DNA from: a virus
Lineage: Duplodnaviria > Caudoviricetes
Reading direction: 5' to 3' (one strand)
Virus record (IMG/VR): IMGVR_UViG_3300030055_000003
DNA length: 64,000 bases
The notes beneath the pieces are model-generated. The model was not told where the DNA came from. It was given only the letters and a program-made list of their open reading frames with translations, and did no database searches. Both the position numbers and the translations under genes were made by a program. Of the stretch, positions 49,830 through 60,205 are shown piece after piece. Within the stretch, counting starts at the first letter, position 1. Each line of letters starts with the position of its first letter.

Positions 49830-50825
49830 ATGATGAATATAGAATTAAGTAATCACGTAAAAGAAAGAGGTACTATGTATGAATGGGCAGAAAAAGTAGT
49901 AGGGAAAAAGGAACTTTCACCAGACCAAATTATAATTTCCGAATCAATGAATAAGTGGGCATTAGAAATTGCAAATAGTGGAACAACTAATGTAGCATTA
50001 TCTGATTATCTACAAAGAGTTGTTCAAGAACAAATTTATGATGAACCATCACAATTATTAGATACAATGTTTAATCAAGGTTCAATTGGAGAATTTGATG
50101 ATTATAATTCAATCGGAACTTATAAAAATAATCTATTAGCACATGAAGTTTCTGAAAGAGGCGGTTCTGTTGATAAGTCTTATGTAGATTTCAGTAGATA
50201 TTCAATGGTACATACAAACTTACAAATAGAAACTGAATTAAGATATGATGAACTAAGAAGAAATGGTGCTATGACAATTGCACAATTAACTCTTTATGCA
50301 ATTGAATCATTACAAAATAAAAAGTTCCAATCAATATTTACTAACCTTAATACATTGTTAGTATCAGGTTCAAATGTATTTGATGCAACTGGTGGATTAA
50401 CAGTTCAATTAATGGATGATTTTGCAGGTTATGTAACAGACCATTCATTTACAGGTCAACAATTAATTACTGGTTTGTCAACTGATTTAAGAGATATCAA
50501 GAATATGCCAGGATATACAGACTTCTTATCTTATACTATGAAGGATGCTTTAAACATGGGTTCTGGTGTACTTAGTGTATATAACAGTGTTCCATTAGCT
50601 TCTATTTCTGCTGGTAAATTACTTGCAGATGGAAGCACTTTAATTCCAGCAAAAACAATCTATGGTTTCTCAGACAAAATTGGTCAATGTGATATGAGAG
50701 GATCTTTAAGAGTCCTACAAACTCCAGACAATGCTAAAGAAGTAATCAGATTGAAATTTACTGGATATGAATTCATTTATGCAATAGATAAATTAGAAAA
50801 AGTTTCAAAAATTAAAGTAAAATAA
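49830..50825 (+). CDS. Major capsid protein
   Basis: 331 aa, position, followed by a strong terminator (50841-50865). Confidence 0.8.
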   Translation: MMNIELSNHVKERGTMYEWAEKVVGKKELSPDQIIISESMNKWALEIANSGTTNVALSDYLQRVVQEQIYDEPSQLLDTMFNQGSIGEFDDYNSIGTYKNNLLAHEVSERGGSVDKSYVDFSRYSMVHTNLQIETELRYDELRRNGAMTIAQLTLYAIESLQNKKFQSIFTNLNTLLVSGSNVFDATGGLTVQLMDDFAGYVTDHSFTGQQLITGLSTDLRDIKNMPGYTDFLSYTMKDALNMGSGVLSVYNSVPLASISAGKLLADGSTLIPAKTIYGFSDKIGQCDMRGSLRVLQTPDNAKEVIRLKFTGYEFIYAIDKLEKVSKIKVK

Positions 50826-50886
50826 TAAATTAAAATAAAAAAAGGGAGGAATTATTCTTCCCTTTAAATTTAAGGAGAGATATACA

Positions 50887-51501
50887 ATGATTAATAAAAA
50901 AGAAGAATTTGAAGTATTGAATTATTATGATTATCCTAAATATTTACCTAGTATGGATGGATTAGGATATAAGATTAGTGGTCAAACAGAGAATGAAGCA
51001 GGGTTTGACTTTGTAACATTTAATGATATAAGATCAATAAATCAAAAATCAGAAGCATTCAGAAATGGTACTTTAGAATTTGCTGAGGATGTAAAAGAAG
51101 GGTTATTTAAAGAATTAAGAATAGATATAAATAACGATAACTATTTCACTAGAAAAATGATTGAAGATATAATACTAGACCCTAACGATGAAAAAATGAT
51201 AAAAATAGTACATATAACAAGTAAAGATACTATAGATAATTTTAGAAGAATGTTAGTTAAACTTACTAATGATAATGAATATGATATAAGTAATAGAGTA
51301 AGAGAATATATAGACGGTAGAGAATATGAATTAAATCATAAGATTACAAAAAGTACTTTACCAATCCCAAAAAGTAAAATATATATACCAATAAAAGAAG
51401 AAAATATTGAAATAGCAGTAGTTCCAGAAAATAAGGAAATTATTAGCGAAGAAATAATAGAACCAAAAGCGAAAGTTCAAAAACCAAAATTAACAAAGTA
51501 A
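50887..51501 (+). CDS. Head-associated hypothetical protein (YonA-like)
   Basis: Position after MCP. Confidence 0.55.
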   Translation: MINKKEEFEVLNYYDYPKYLPSMDGLGYKISGQTENEAGFDFVTFNDIRSINQKSEAFRNGTLEFAEDVKEGLFKELRIDINNDNYFTRKMIEDIILDPNDEKMIKIVHITSKDTIDNFRRMLVKLTNDNEYDISNRVREYIDGREYELNHKITKSTLPIPKSKIYIPIKEENIEIAVVPENKEIISEEIIEPKAKVQKPKLTK

Positions 51502-51553
51502 AGATAGGGTAAAAAATCTCTATCTTTTTTTATATTTGAAAGGAGAAGAGAGT

Positions 51554-52024
51554 ATGGTAAAAACACCCTATCAATATGTAATAGCAAAATTCATAAAAAA
51601 GATAAAGCAAGATGTAAAATTCTTTTTATATAACGGTTTAACCGAATCAGAAGTAGAAATTATAGTGAACGAACGTTCTTTAGAATTATTAGATTCTGCT
51701 TGTGATGAGATTGAACCACAATTAGACCAATTAGTTCTATCTAGCAGAGATGATACCTTAGAATGTTTTGATGATGAATTAACAAGAATAGAGACTGATA
51801 CTATCTCAGATATGATGAAAGTTATATATATGAGAGAACCAATATTAAGATTAGCAGAATTTCAAAAATATCTTGGAACTGATATTAAAGCATGGAGTCC
51901 AGCGGATGAAAGACGAACCTATTTAGAAATATTAACTGACACAGAAGACAAAATGCAATTAAAAATTGATAAATGTAATTCAGTTAATAGAACTACAGGG
52001 AAGCCAAGGTCGTTATATGAGTGA
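51554..52024 (+). CDS. Head-tail adaptor-like protein
   Basis: Start at MVKTPY after AAGGAG; WSPADERRTY motif; position. Confidence 0.55.
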   Translation: MVKTPYQYVIAKFIKKIKQDVKFFLYNGLTESEVEIIVNERSLELLDSACDEIEPQLDQLVLSSRDDTLECFDDELTRIETDTISDMMKVIYMREPILRLAEFQKYLGTDIKAWSPADERRTYLEILTDTEDKMQLKIDKCNSVNRTTGKPRSLYE

Positions 52025-53333
52025 TATAGGTAACATAATAAATTATTGCAGAACTATAAATGGTTCTAAAGGCTTTGATGATAGAAAATCCCAATTACAA
52101 TCTGAAATGACAACTGATTATAATATTGCTAGACCTAATGTAGTTACTAGATTCTCTATAATGGTCAATACAATTGATGGTAAAGATGTATATATCAATA
52201 ATTCAGATACTTTAATAAGAGGCGTAATTGATGTGAAAAGACATCAAACTGCTGATACTGAAATGGAAGAAACTGTACAGGTATATCCTAATCAGATTAA
52301 ATGTGGAGACTATTTAAAATTTAAAGTAAATGATACTGATGAGTTACGTGATTATATAATAACTTCAAAGATAGAAAAGAAACATGGATATGATGAAGGT
52401 GTATTTAAGGAATGCAATCATTTATTGAAGTGGGTGTATAAAGGAAATTTATATGATACACAAGTTATTATAAGTAATCAAACTAAATACACATTAGGAA
52501 TTTCAACGATTGTAGCAGGCATTACCGAAGGGGATAGTAGATATGTAATTACTTTACCATATAATTCTAAAACTCAAAATATTAAAGTTGGACAAAGATT
52601 TATATTTAATGCAAATGCTTGGAAAGTAACTCAAACTGACTTTGTAAGCGATGTGGGTTTATTGTCTATATTACTTGGTCAAGATAGTATCAATACTGAA
52701 ATTGATGATGTGGATAATGAAATAGCCAACAAATGGGAAATCAAACATAACTATGATACTACCTGTACAAATTCGTTAAGTGTTACTAAGGGTAGTGATT
52801 GTGGTTTAGTTTATTCATTTTTAGATAATGGTAATCCTATTGATAATAATTTAATAAATATAGAAAATACAAGTAACTTGATTTCAATTATTAAATCTAA
52901 TGATGGTAAAATAACTATTACTGGAGTTGATATTGGAACTGGAAGTTTTAAAATTAAATTAAATCTCACTGATGAAGTTAGAGAATTTATTGTGAATTTT
53001 GAAGTAGTATCTAGTATTGTTAGTCAAGTAAATTATGAAATCAAAACAAGTAATGGATACGTATATAGAACAAAAGAAGGTAGTACAATTTCAGCTATAA
53101 AATATGAAAATGGCGTAATTCAAAATAATTTAATAATTGAATATCAATTAGATTCATTTGGTCAAGATTTGTTAAATAAACAAAACATATCAATTGTTAA
53201 AAAAACAGACTCTAGTTTTACAATTAGAAATCTCAATATAAATGTATTAAAAACATTTACTATAACTATAATTGATAAAAACACAGGAGAAAAAATATTA
53301 AATAGTCAAACAATAACACTAAAAGGGATGTAA
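52017..53333 (+). CDS. Head-closure/neck protein with C-terminal Ig-like domains
   Basis: Start MSDIGN; KCNHLLKW, AWKVT; beta-rich C-term. Confidence 0.6.
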   Translation: MSDIGNIINYCRTINGSKGFDDRKSQLQSEMTTDYNIARPNVVTRFSIMVNTIDGKDVYINNSDTLIRGVIDVKRHQTADTEMEETVQVYPNQIKCGDYLKFKVNDTDELRDYIITSKIEKKHGYDEGVFKECNHLLKWVYKGNLYDTQVIISNQTKYTLGISTIVAGITEGDSRYVITLPYNSKTQNIKVGQRFIFNANAWKVTQTDFVSDVGLLSILLGQDSINTEIDDVDNEIANKWEIKHNYDTTCTNSLSVTKGSDCGLVYSFLDNGNPIDNNLINIENTSNLISIIKSNDGKITITGVDIGTGSFKIKLNLTDEVREFIVNFEVVSSIVSQVNYEIKTSNGYVYRTKEGSTISAIKYENGVIQNNLIIEYQLDSFGQDLLNKQNISIVKKTDSSFTIRNLNINVLKTFTITIIDKNTGEKILNSQTITLKGM

Positions 53334-53421
53334 AATTGTATGTTAATTATAAAGACATTAGGATTATTTCTAGTGTCTTTACATTAGTATATAAATAAAT
53401 TAATGTAAATTAAAAAAGATA

Positions 53422-53450
53422 TTGACAATCTTTGTTAAAGATGTTAATAT
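53422..53450 (+). promoter_or_regulatory. SigA promoter of leader B / endonuclease gene
   Basis: TTGACA-17-TAATAT with TG extension. Confidence 0.75.
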
Positions 53451-53456
53451 AAATTT

Positions 53457-53575
53457 AGGAAGATTACTTAGTATAAGGTTCGAAACTTATACTAAGGACA
53501 GGGTTTTTCATGTGCCTTTCTTTCTTTTATAAAATACACATGAAAATAAATTATAACATGAAGGAGATAATACAT
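53457..53575 (+). ncRNA. Three-way-junction leader RNA, copy B
   Basis: Perfect 11-bp hairpin 53467-53496 with GTTCGAAA loop; TTTTCATGTG (53505-53514) complementary to 53537-53546 and ACATGAA 53556-53562 at the RBS. Confidence 0.7.
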
Positions 53576-55207
53576 ATGAATGAAAAGGAATATTTAGAAT
53601 TTATTAAACAGTGGAAAGAAGAGAATAAGGAATTAATTAAAAGTGGTAAGTGTAGAAAAACTTTTTTAGAATGTTTACCTAGGAAGTATGGAGTCGGTGG
53701 AAATAAAAATAAATTAGTTATTGATTGGATAAATTCAATTGGATATAATGTGTATTTTATATACGAAAATATTATAGGGTGGATTGAAATTATTAGTTAT
53801 AAAAAAGATAAAAGAATATTAAAAGTAAAATACAACAAATTTGAATCAGAGATAAATACTAATCAAATGTCAAACTGTAATATAGGAAGAATTATAGGAA
53901 AAATCACATCAGAATTCAAAATAGAAATTGGACAAACTTTTAAAGATAACAAAAGAGATATAACTGTAACTGATAAAGAAATTAGAATTAGATATAAAAA
54001 AGATGGTTCTTTGTGCAATGATAAATGGTACAAATACACTTGTAACGTTTGTAGTTGGAATGAAGGGTGGATGACAGAAGGAGATTTATTAAGAAAAGAA
54101 AAACGAGGATGTTCATGTTGTTCTGGGAAAACACTTATAGAAGGTATTAATGATGTAGCTACAATATCACCTTGTATAGTTAAATATTTTCAAGATGGTT
54201 ATGATGAGGCTAAGAAGTATACAAAATGGGGAAGTGGAAACCCTGATAATCCAAAAGGTTATATCTATCCTATCTGTCCTGATTGTGGAAGAGTTAAAAA
54301 AAAGAAAACTAATATTGGTTATATTTACAAATCACATTCAATAGGGTGTTCTTGTAGTGATAATATTTCAAAAGGGGAAAAATATGTTTTTAGTTTATTA
54401 GAACAAATAGGTATAAAATTTATAACTCAATTATCAAAAAGAGAACAATCGTGGTGTAATAATTATAGATATGATTTTTATTTTCAGTTAGGTAATAAAG
54501 AAAATTATATAATAGAAGTAAATGGACAACAACATTACGAAGAAAATACTAATTTTGAAATGAATTTGGATGAACAGGTAGAGAATGATAAAAACAAAAA
54601 AGAACTAGCATTAAAAAATGACACAAAAGAAGAAAACTATATTATTATTGATTACAGAAAAGCTGATTTAAATTTGCTAAGAAAAAATATATTGAATGAT
54701 AAAATATTAAATGAATTATTTGATTTAAGTAAAATTAATTGGATAAAATGCTATGAATTTGCTTTGTCTAACTTAGTAAAAAAAGCTTGTGAACTTAAAA
54801 AACAAAATCCTAAGATGACTACTACTGAAATAGGTAAATTAATGGGAGGATATTGTAGGCTTTCAATTCAAAAATGGTTAGAATCTGGTAATGAATTGGG
54901 CTGGTGTCACTATAATAAAAATGAAGAAATAAATCAAAATTATAAAAACAGTGTAATAAGAAATAAGAAAAATTATTCAAAACCAGTAGAAATATTTAAA
55001 GATGGAATTAGTCTAGGTTTATTCCCCTCAGCTAGTGAATTAGAAAGACAAAGCATAGAACTTTTTAAAGTAAAATTAATTAGAAGTAATATTACTTTAG
55101 TCTGCCAAGAAAAACAAAAGCATCATAAAGGTTATGAATTTAATTATTTAACACAAGAAGAATATGATAGAAGGAAAAATGAAGAAAATTTAAAACAAGC
55201 AATATAA
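53576..55207 (+). CDS. Free-standing Zn-ribbon + Vsr/DUF559-like endonuclease with NUMOD1-like C-term
   Basis: CNVC, CSCC, CPDCG; YRYDFYF..IIEVNGQQHY; HKGYEFNY; probable start 53576. Confidence 0.78.
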   Translation: MNEKEYLEFIKQWKEENKELIKSGKCRKTFLECLPRKYGVGGNKNKLVIDWINSIGYNVYFIYENIIGWIEIISYKKDKRILKVKYNKFESEINTNQMSNCNIGRIIGKITSEFKIEIGQTFKDNKRDITVTDKEIRIRYKKDGSLCNDKWYKYTCNVCSWNEGWMTEGDLLRKEKRGCSCCSGKTLIEGINDVATISPCIVKYFQDGYDEAKKYTKWGSGNPDNPKGYIYPICPDCGRVKKKKTNIGYIYKSHSIGCSCSDNISKGEKYVFSLLEQIGIKFITQLSKREQSWCNNYRYDFYFQLGNKENYIIEVNGQQHYEENTNFEMNLDEQVENDKNKKELALKNDTKEENYIIIDYRKADLNLLRKNILNDKILNELFDLSKINWIKCYEFALSNLVKKACELKKQNPKMTTTEIGKLMGGYCRLSIQKWLESGNELGWCHYNKNEEINQNYKNSVIRNKKNYSKPVEIFKDGISLGLFPSASELERQSIELFKVKLIRSNITLVCQEKQKHHKGYEFNYLTQEEYDRRKNEENLKQAI

Positions 55208-55437
55208 TAAGTGAGACATCTTTATATAAGGTGTCTTTTTGTTATGTAAAAATAAAATATAGAAAGAAGTGATGATATGAAATTAGGTGTATTAACGTCT
55301 TCTTATAAAATAAGGGGATATAACAATAATAAATTAATAGAAAAAACAGTTAATAAAAGTACAATTTTATGGGGTTTTATAGGCGTGAAAATTGAAGTAT
55401 TCGATAGTATGAGAGAGTATTTGGGAGGTGATGGTTA

Positions 55438-56022
55438 GTGAATATTGATGATTTGAAAGAATTAGATGATTTTGATTTATTTAAAAAGTATATAAAAAAT
55501 TTCATTATAGATAATGATGATTTGTTTCGTTTAATATGGTTTTCTAATAGTAACCCTTTAGATGAAGATATTTGCCAATATCCAGATAATCCTTGGGATA
55601 TATTTAAACCATCATCAAATTCAGAACATGGTTGTTTATTATTTAGACGTAAGAATGATATCGTTCAAAGTGGAGAACAAGTTTGCATTTTAATAACTTT
55701 TCATTCAGCGCCAAAAGGCAATTCTTTAACTTTTAGAGATATATTTGTAATTGTAAGAATTATAACAAAAGGTACTAATATACAAGAGTTAGAGAATGGT
55801 TTAAATCGTATAAATTGTATAGCCAAAATTTTTGATGATGAATTTAATCAAGCTAATATAACTGGACTAGGTAAAACAAATAAAGAAAAATATCGTGATT
55901 TAAGTCTTAACGAGGAAAATGACGGTATGATGTTAATGTATACAGCTAATGATTTTAGTTATGATTATTTAAATAATAAAAATATTCAAAAACAAATAAG
56001 AGGTGATGATACTAATGAATAG
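55438..56022 (+). CDS. Tail terminator-like structural protein
   Basis: Position in the neck/tail module; GTG start with GGAGG. Confidence 0.5.
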   Translation: MNIDDLKELDDFDLFKKYIKNFIIDNDDLFRLIWFSNSNPLDEDICQYPDNPWDIFKPSSNSEHGCLLFRRKNDIVQSGEQVCILITFHSAPKGNSLTFRDIFVIVRIITKGTNIQELENGLNRINCIAKIFDDEFNQANITGLGKTNKEKYRDLSLNEENDGMMLMYTANDFSYDYLNNKNIQKQIRGDDTNE

Positions 56023-56893
56023 TGATTCACTTAAGTATCAACTAATTAGAGGTTTATCAATTATATTTCAAGATAATAATAATCAACGAATTAAAGTTAA
56101 ACAACCTAAAATAGAAGATATAGACGATATTGGATTATTACCATATCTTAGTATGACTTATATATTTAGAATACAAAAAGAACATTTACAAATATATGAT
56201 GAAATAAAAGATAAAATAAATAATAAGTCATTATTTGAATCAATGATAATTCAAGAAGAAATATTAAACAGTAAATCAGATTTTAATATTTCAGAGTCAA
56301 TAATTATGTTATTAATTCAATCATTAGCTTTTTTTTTAGATATTAAAGATTTTAATAGAATTGGAGTATCTGATAACATTGATGCTATTATAGTTTATGA
56401 TTTTAAAGATGTTAATGGGGAAATATGTAAGATTCCTATATTTCAGCTAGATAATAATAACTTTGGTGAATTTAGTGAACTTATTAGAATTATTACTTGT
56501 AATAGCATCATTGAGATTGATAAAGATAATAATGTTAAAAAATTGTATTATGCAGACCCAGAAGTTCAAAGAATGTATGAGGAACAAATTAAGTTATATT
56601 TAGAAGAAGAAAAGAAAGAAGAAAAAGAAAATCAATTGACTATATCTGATGTTATTGGTTCTATTTGTATTAATGAAAATACAAAATATAATTATAAAAA
56701 CATACAAGATTTAACTATTTGGCAATTATTTTATCAATTTAATTCAATGTTTGCTAAAGAAAATATTGAAATAGTTAAATCTCAATATACATCTGGTAAT
56801 TATAATTTTGAAAAAGTACCTGATTTAGATTGGTTGCGAAAAGTTAAAGTTAAATTACCTAATGATATGGAAAACAATAAAATGAATGATTAA
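56003..56893 (+). CDS. Conserved phage tail-module protein (YomV-like)
   Basis: C-term LTIWQLFYQF motif; position before the tail tube. Confidence 0.55.
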   Translation: MMILMNSDSLKYQLIRGLSIIFQDNNNQRIKVKQPKIEDIDDIGLLPYLSMTYIFRIQKEHLQIYDEIKDKINNKSLFESMIIQEEILNSKSDFNISESIIMLLIQSLAFFLDIKDFNRIGVSDNIDAIIVYDFKDVNGEICKIPIFQLDNNNFGEFSELIRIITCNSIIEIDKDNNVKKLYYADPEVQRMYEEQIKLYLEEEKKEEKENQLTISDVIGSICINENTKYNYKNIQDLTIWQLFYQFNSMFAKENIEIVKSQYTSGNYNFEKVPDLDWLRKVKVKLPNDMENNKMND

Positions 56894-56959
56894 GTCTTTA
56901 TAATATAAAGACTTTTTTATTATATAAAAATTACACAAATTAAAAGGAGGAATTTATAA

Positions 56960-58072
56960 ATGTCAAATATAATGGAAAGATTTGGTATACTAAATGCAAG
57001 TGAAGTAAAACTTTTTGATAAAAGTTCAGGTAAATTAATATTAAAAATACCACAAGCTAATACTTGTAGTTTGGAATACAAATCAACTCAAAAAACAGCA
57101 AAAGAACAAGGTTTAGATGTAATGGCGTGGTCAGTTGACCCACAAGGAACTTATAAAATGTCAACAGAGACAATATCATTTGCACAATTAGCAGAAGCTT
57201 TAGGTAGCAATGGTATGAAATTAAATACTGAAAATGGGACTTATGATAAATCAGAAACATTTACAGTAACAACAGATGGTTCTATGGTAATTACATTAGT
57301 TTCTGAACCATTATTAAATTCAGTAACTAATTTCCATTTATTAACTAGAGACGGAGAATTACAAAAAGAACTTGTAGCAGTACAAGATGGAACAGATAAA
57401 AAGAAATTTACAATAACTGATACAGATTTAGTTGCAAATACTAGTATAGTTGAAGCTAACTATATTGAGTCAATGCCAATAGGTACTGTATATTCATTTA
57501 ATGTAAGTGGAAAAGGAAGTTTAAATGGAGCAAGAAAGTTAGTCGCTAATGTATTATGTAAAAATAGAGTAGATGGAACTATGAGTTTTAAACAGCTTGT
57601 TATTCCTAATGTATTGGCAGAAAATTCTATAACAATTACATTTGATGCTTCGAATCCATCTAAATTTGATATTTCAATGAAAGTTATGGCTGATTCTATA
57701 TTAAAAGATGAGAATGGAGATCCACTTTTCTTCACTTTAAAGGAAAAAGCACCGATTGTTGCAGTAGTAACACCAATTACAGATTTAGCTGGAAGTAGTT
57801 TAATAGCAGGACAAGCTAGTTTAACATTTACCGCACCAACATCAGCTACAAATATTGATTTGATGTACAAGTTAAGTACAGATAGTACATATTCTACAGT
57901 AGCTACTAGTGGAACTACTGGTGTGTATTTAAATGGAGGTGCAATAACTGCAACTTCAACTAGTGCATTAGTTAAAGGATTGACTTCAAGTAGCTCTTAC
58001 AACTTTAAATTAGTTGTTACTGGAGGAACTCATGAAGGTACTTCAAATGTGTCAACTACTACTATAGCATAA
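56960..58072 (+). CDS. Major tail tube protein with C-terminal FN3-like domain
   Basis: FGILNASEV N-term; NPSKFDISMKV; PITDL..LTFTAP..SYNFKLVVTGG. Confidence 0.75.
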   Translation: MSNIMERFGILNASEVKLFDKSSGKLILKIPQANTCSLEYKSTQKTAKEQGLDVMAWSVDPQGTYKMSTETISFAQLAEALGSNGMKLNTENGTYDKSETFTVTTDGSMVITLVSEPLLNSVTNFHLLTRDGELQKELVAVQDGTDKKKFTITDTDLVANTSIVEANYIESMPIGTVYSFNVSGKGSLNGARKLVANVLCKNRVDGTMSFKQLVIPNVLAENSITITFDASNPSKFDISMKVMADSILKDENGDPLFFTLKEKAPIVAVVTPITDLAGSSLIAGQASLTFTAPTSATNIDLMYKLSTDSTYSTVATSGTTGVYLNGGAITATSTSALVKGLTSSSSYNFKLVVTGGTHEGTSNVSTTTIA

Positions 58073-58159
58073 TAAGTTATAGAAATTAAAATTAAATATT
58101 GATAGTAGGCACTTTCGGGTGTCTATTCTTGAGTATTTAAATAAATTAATATAAAAGGA

Positions 58160-58612
58160 GTGCAGATAATGGATTATGGAAGTATTGAAGAATTTTATGC
58201 ACAGTTACAAAGAGATACTCTTCGAGAATTAGAAGAAATAGCAGTTAAAGTACAACAAGATATTAGATTATATTTCTTAGAGAATATCTATAATTATGAA
58301 CCAAAAGTTTATGAAAGAACTGACATGTTACTAAATTCATGCAAAGTATCGCCAGTACAAAATAAAAATAGTGAGTTTTATATTGAAATATACATAGACC
58401 ATGATACAGTACATGCAAATCCAGCTTGGTATGATGAATCTGAAATGGGAATATCTGTTGGAGACTACATGACACTTGATGAAGTCTCTGAGCATTTCGC
58501 ACTTGAAATGGGTAAAGATGCAGTAGGAACGGTCAATGAAGAATGGGAAAGTACAGGAAAGTTTATAAATGAAATGATGTCATTTTTACGTTCAAAATAC
58601 GATATGGTATAA
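58160..58612 (+). CDS. Tail-module hypothetical protein (HK97 gp10-like?)
   Basis: YEPKVYERT motif; after the tail tube. Confidence 0.5.
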   Translation: MQIMDYGSIEEFYAQLQRDTLRELEEIAVKVQQDIRLYFLENIYNYEPKVYERTDMLLNSCKVSPVQNKNSEFYIEIYIDHDTVHANPAWYDESEMGISVGDYMTLDEVSEHFALEMGKDAVGTVNEEWESTGKFINEMMSFLRSKYDMV

Positions 58613-58839
58613 TAAATTAATAGAACGAACATAATTCAAAACACAGATTTTAACAAGACTTTTATCTATATATTGTGGTTATATTTATTTATAAACACAA
58701 TATATAGTGTATAAAAATTACTTAAACAAATTAATAGAAATAAGTATTGACTTTAATCTTTCCTAGGTGTAATATTAATCTTGTAAAGGGAATTAATAAC
58801 TTTTACAAAATAAATTAATATATTAAAGGAGAGAAAGAA

Positions 58840-59598
58840 ATGGACAAGAGGATTATGATTTTTGAAAACAAAGAAGTTGAAGTATTTGAATACGAAGGGA
58901 GAGTTTTATTTAATCCAAAAGATGTTGCTAAGTGTTTAGACATTACTGATGTTAATAGTAGTATGAGAAATTTTAATGAAAAGCAAGTAATAAAGCTAAC
59001 TAATTCAGATATGCATGATGTGCAAATCCGAAAATTAAACAATGCTGGAGAGAAATTCTTAACTGAGAGTGGAGTGTATAAGCTAATATTTAAATCTAAA
59101 AAAGAAGAAGCTGAAAAATTTCAAGATTGGGTAACTGATGAGGTTTTACCTTCATTAAGAAAGAATGGTACATATTCAATTACTACACCAAATGTAAATA
59201 ACAATCTAGTAGATTTAGTACAAGCTACAATTACTAATATAATTCCATTAATAACTAACGAGATGGGTAAGTTAGTATTGCAATCACAAGATAAAATAGA
59301 TCAAAGTATTGAAATGCTACATAATCAATCAGTAATATACGATTCAGACAGAGAAAATTTAAAAGATTTAATTGGATTCCATTCAGTAAATACAACTAGA
59401 ATAGTAAAGACTATCAAGGAAATACTAAGTGAAAAATTAGGATATCATATAATGGCTAATAATCCTATATTTCAAAAGGTTAAGAAATCAGTATTTAAAG
59501 AATTTAAAGTTATTAAATGGGAAGATGTTCCTGTAGAAAAATATTCAAGAGTATTTGCTTTTGTTGATGAGTATATTAGTGAAATGGAGTGTAAATAA
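58840..59598 (+). CDS. BRO-N domain antirepressor
   Basis: VLFNPKDVAKCLDI..FLTESGVYKLIFKSKKEEAEKFQDWVTDEVLPSLRKNGTY. Confidence 0.9.
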   Translation: MDKRIMIFENKEVEVFEYEGRVLFNPKDVAKCLDITDVNSSMRNFNEKQVIKLTNSDMHDVQIRKLNNAGEKFLTESGVYKLIFKSKKEEAEKFQDWVTDEVLPSLRKNGTYSITTPNVNNNLVDLVQATITNIIPLITNEMGKLVLQSQDKIDQSIEMLHNQSVIYDSDRENLKDLIGFHSVNTTRIVKTIKEILSEKLGYHIMANNPIFQKVKKSVFKEFKVIKWEDVPVEKYSRVFAFVDEYISEMECK

Positions 59599-59599
59599 T

Positions 59600-60106
59600 A
59601 TGAGTATAGATTGGAAAGAACAAATTAAAATAAATGAGAAATATAGTATAAAATTATGCGAATTATTAAATAAAAGTGTTAAAAATAATAATGTAGAATA
59701 TTTTCCATATGTATCTAGCGATACTGTTGGAGTTAAACAAATATTAGATAAACGAGGACTTCAATATAATGAAATATGTTTTGATTATAAAATAATAGAA
59801 GCAAGTAAATTAGAAGAAGTAAAAACCTTGATATATTATAATTTAGGGCGTGGAATGTTCAAGTCGGTTTATCCAAGAGATAGAGATATTGAATTATATG
59901 ATGATTTGGAATCAAATGGTTGGAATATTTATATAGATGAAGGAACATTATATATTAACAATAAAGGAGTTATGATAGAAGATATTATTTCTAAAGAAAT
60001 TAATAAAGATAATATCAAATTGGAAGTAGATAGATATAATTATGATTGCTCGTATATAGTTGTAACTAAAAATAATGATGAATTTACTATTGAATACATA
60101 GATTAA
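59600..60106 (+). CDS. Hypothetical protein
   Basis: Start MSIDWK after GGAG; coupled to the BRO gene. Confidence 0.65.
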   Translation: MSIDWKEQIKINEKYSIKLCELLNKSVKNNNVEYFPYVSSDTVGVKQILDKRGLQYNEICFDYKIIEASKLEEVKTLIYYNLGRGMFKSVYPRDRDIELYDDLESNGWNIYIDEGTLYINNKGVMIEDIISKEINKDNIKLEVDRYNYDCSYIVVTKNNDEFTIEYID

Positions 60107-60205
60107 CAAATTAATAGAATAATGAAAACATAAGACAATCCAAATGAAACAATATAGATTGGACTGAATTAGATGATAAAAGTATGTAAGACTAGAATTT
60201 ATTTT

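Noticed and set aside
53467-53496. GGTTCGAAAC as a tRNA T-arm
   Set aside because: No acceptor, D or anticodon arms around it; treated as part of leader B. No canonical tRNA was recognised anywhere in the window.
4163-57870. Opposite-strand ORFs in the track (e.g. 4163..4480, 4970..5326, 6752..7225, 9881..10087, 16483..16812, 24415..24729, 29997..30353, 33379..33654, 38957..39229, 57460..57870)
   Set aside because: Antisense shadows of well-supported genes; Ser/Leu/Phe/Ile-rich, no RBS.
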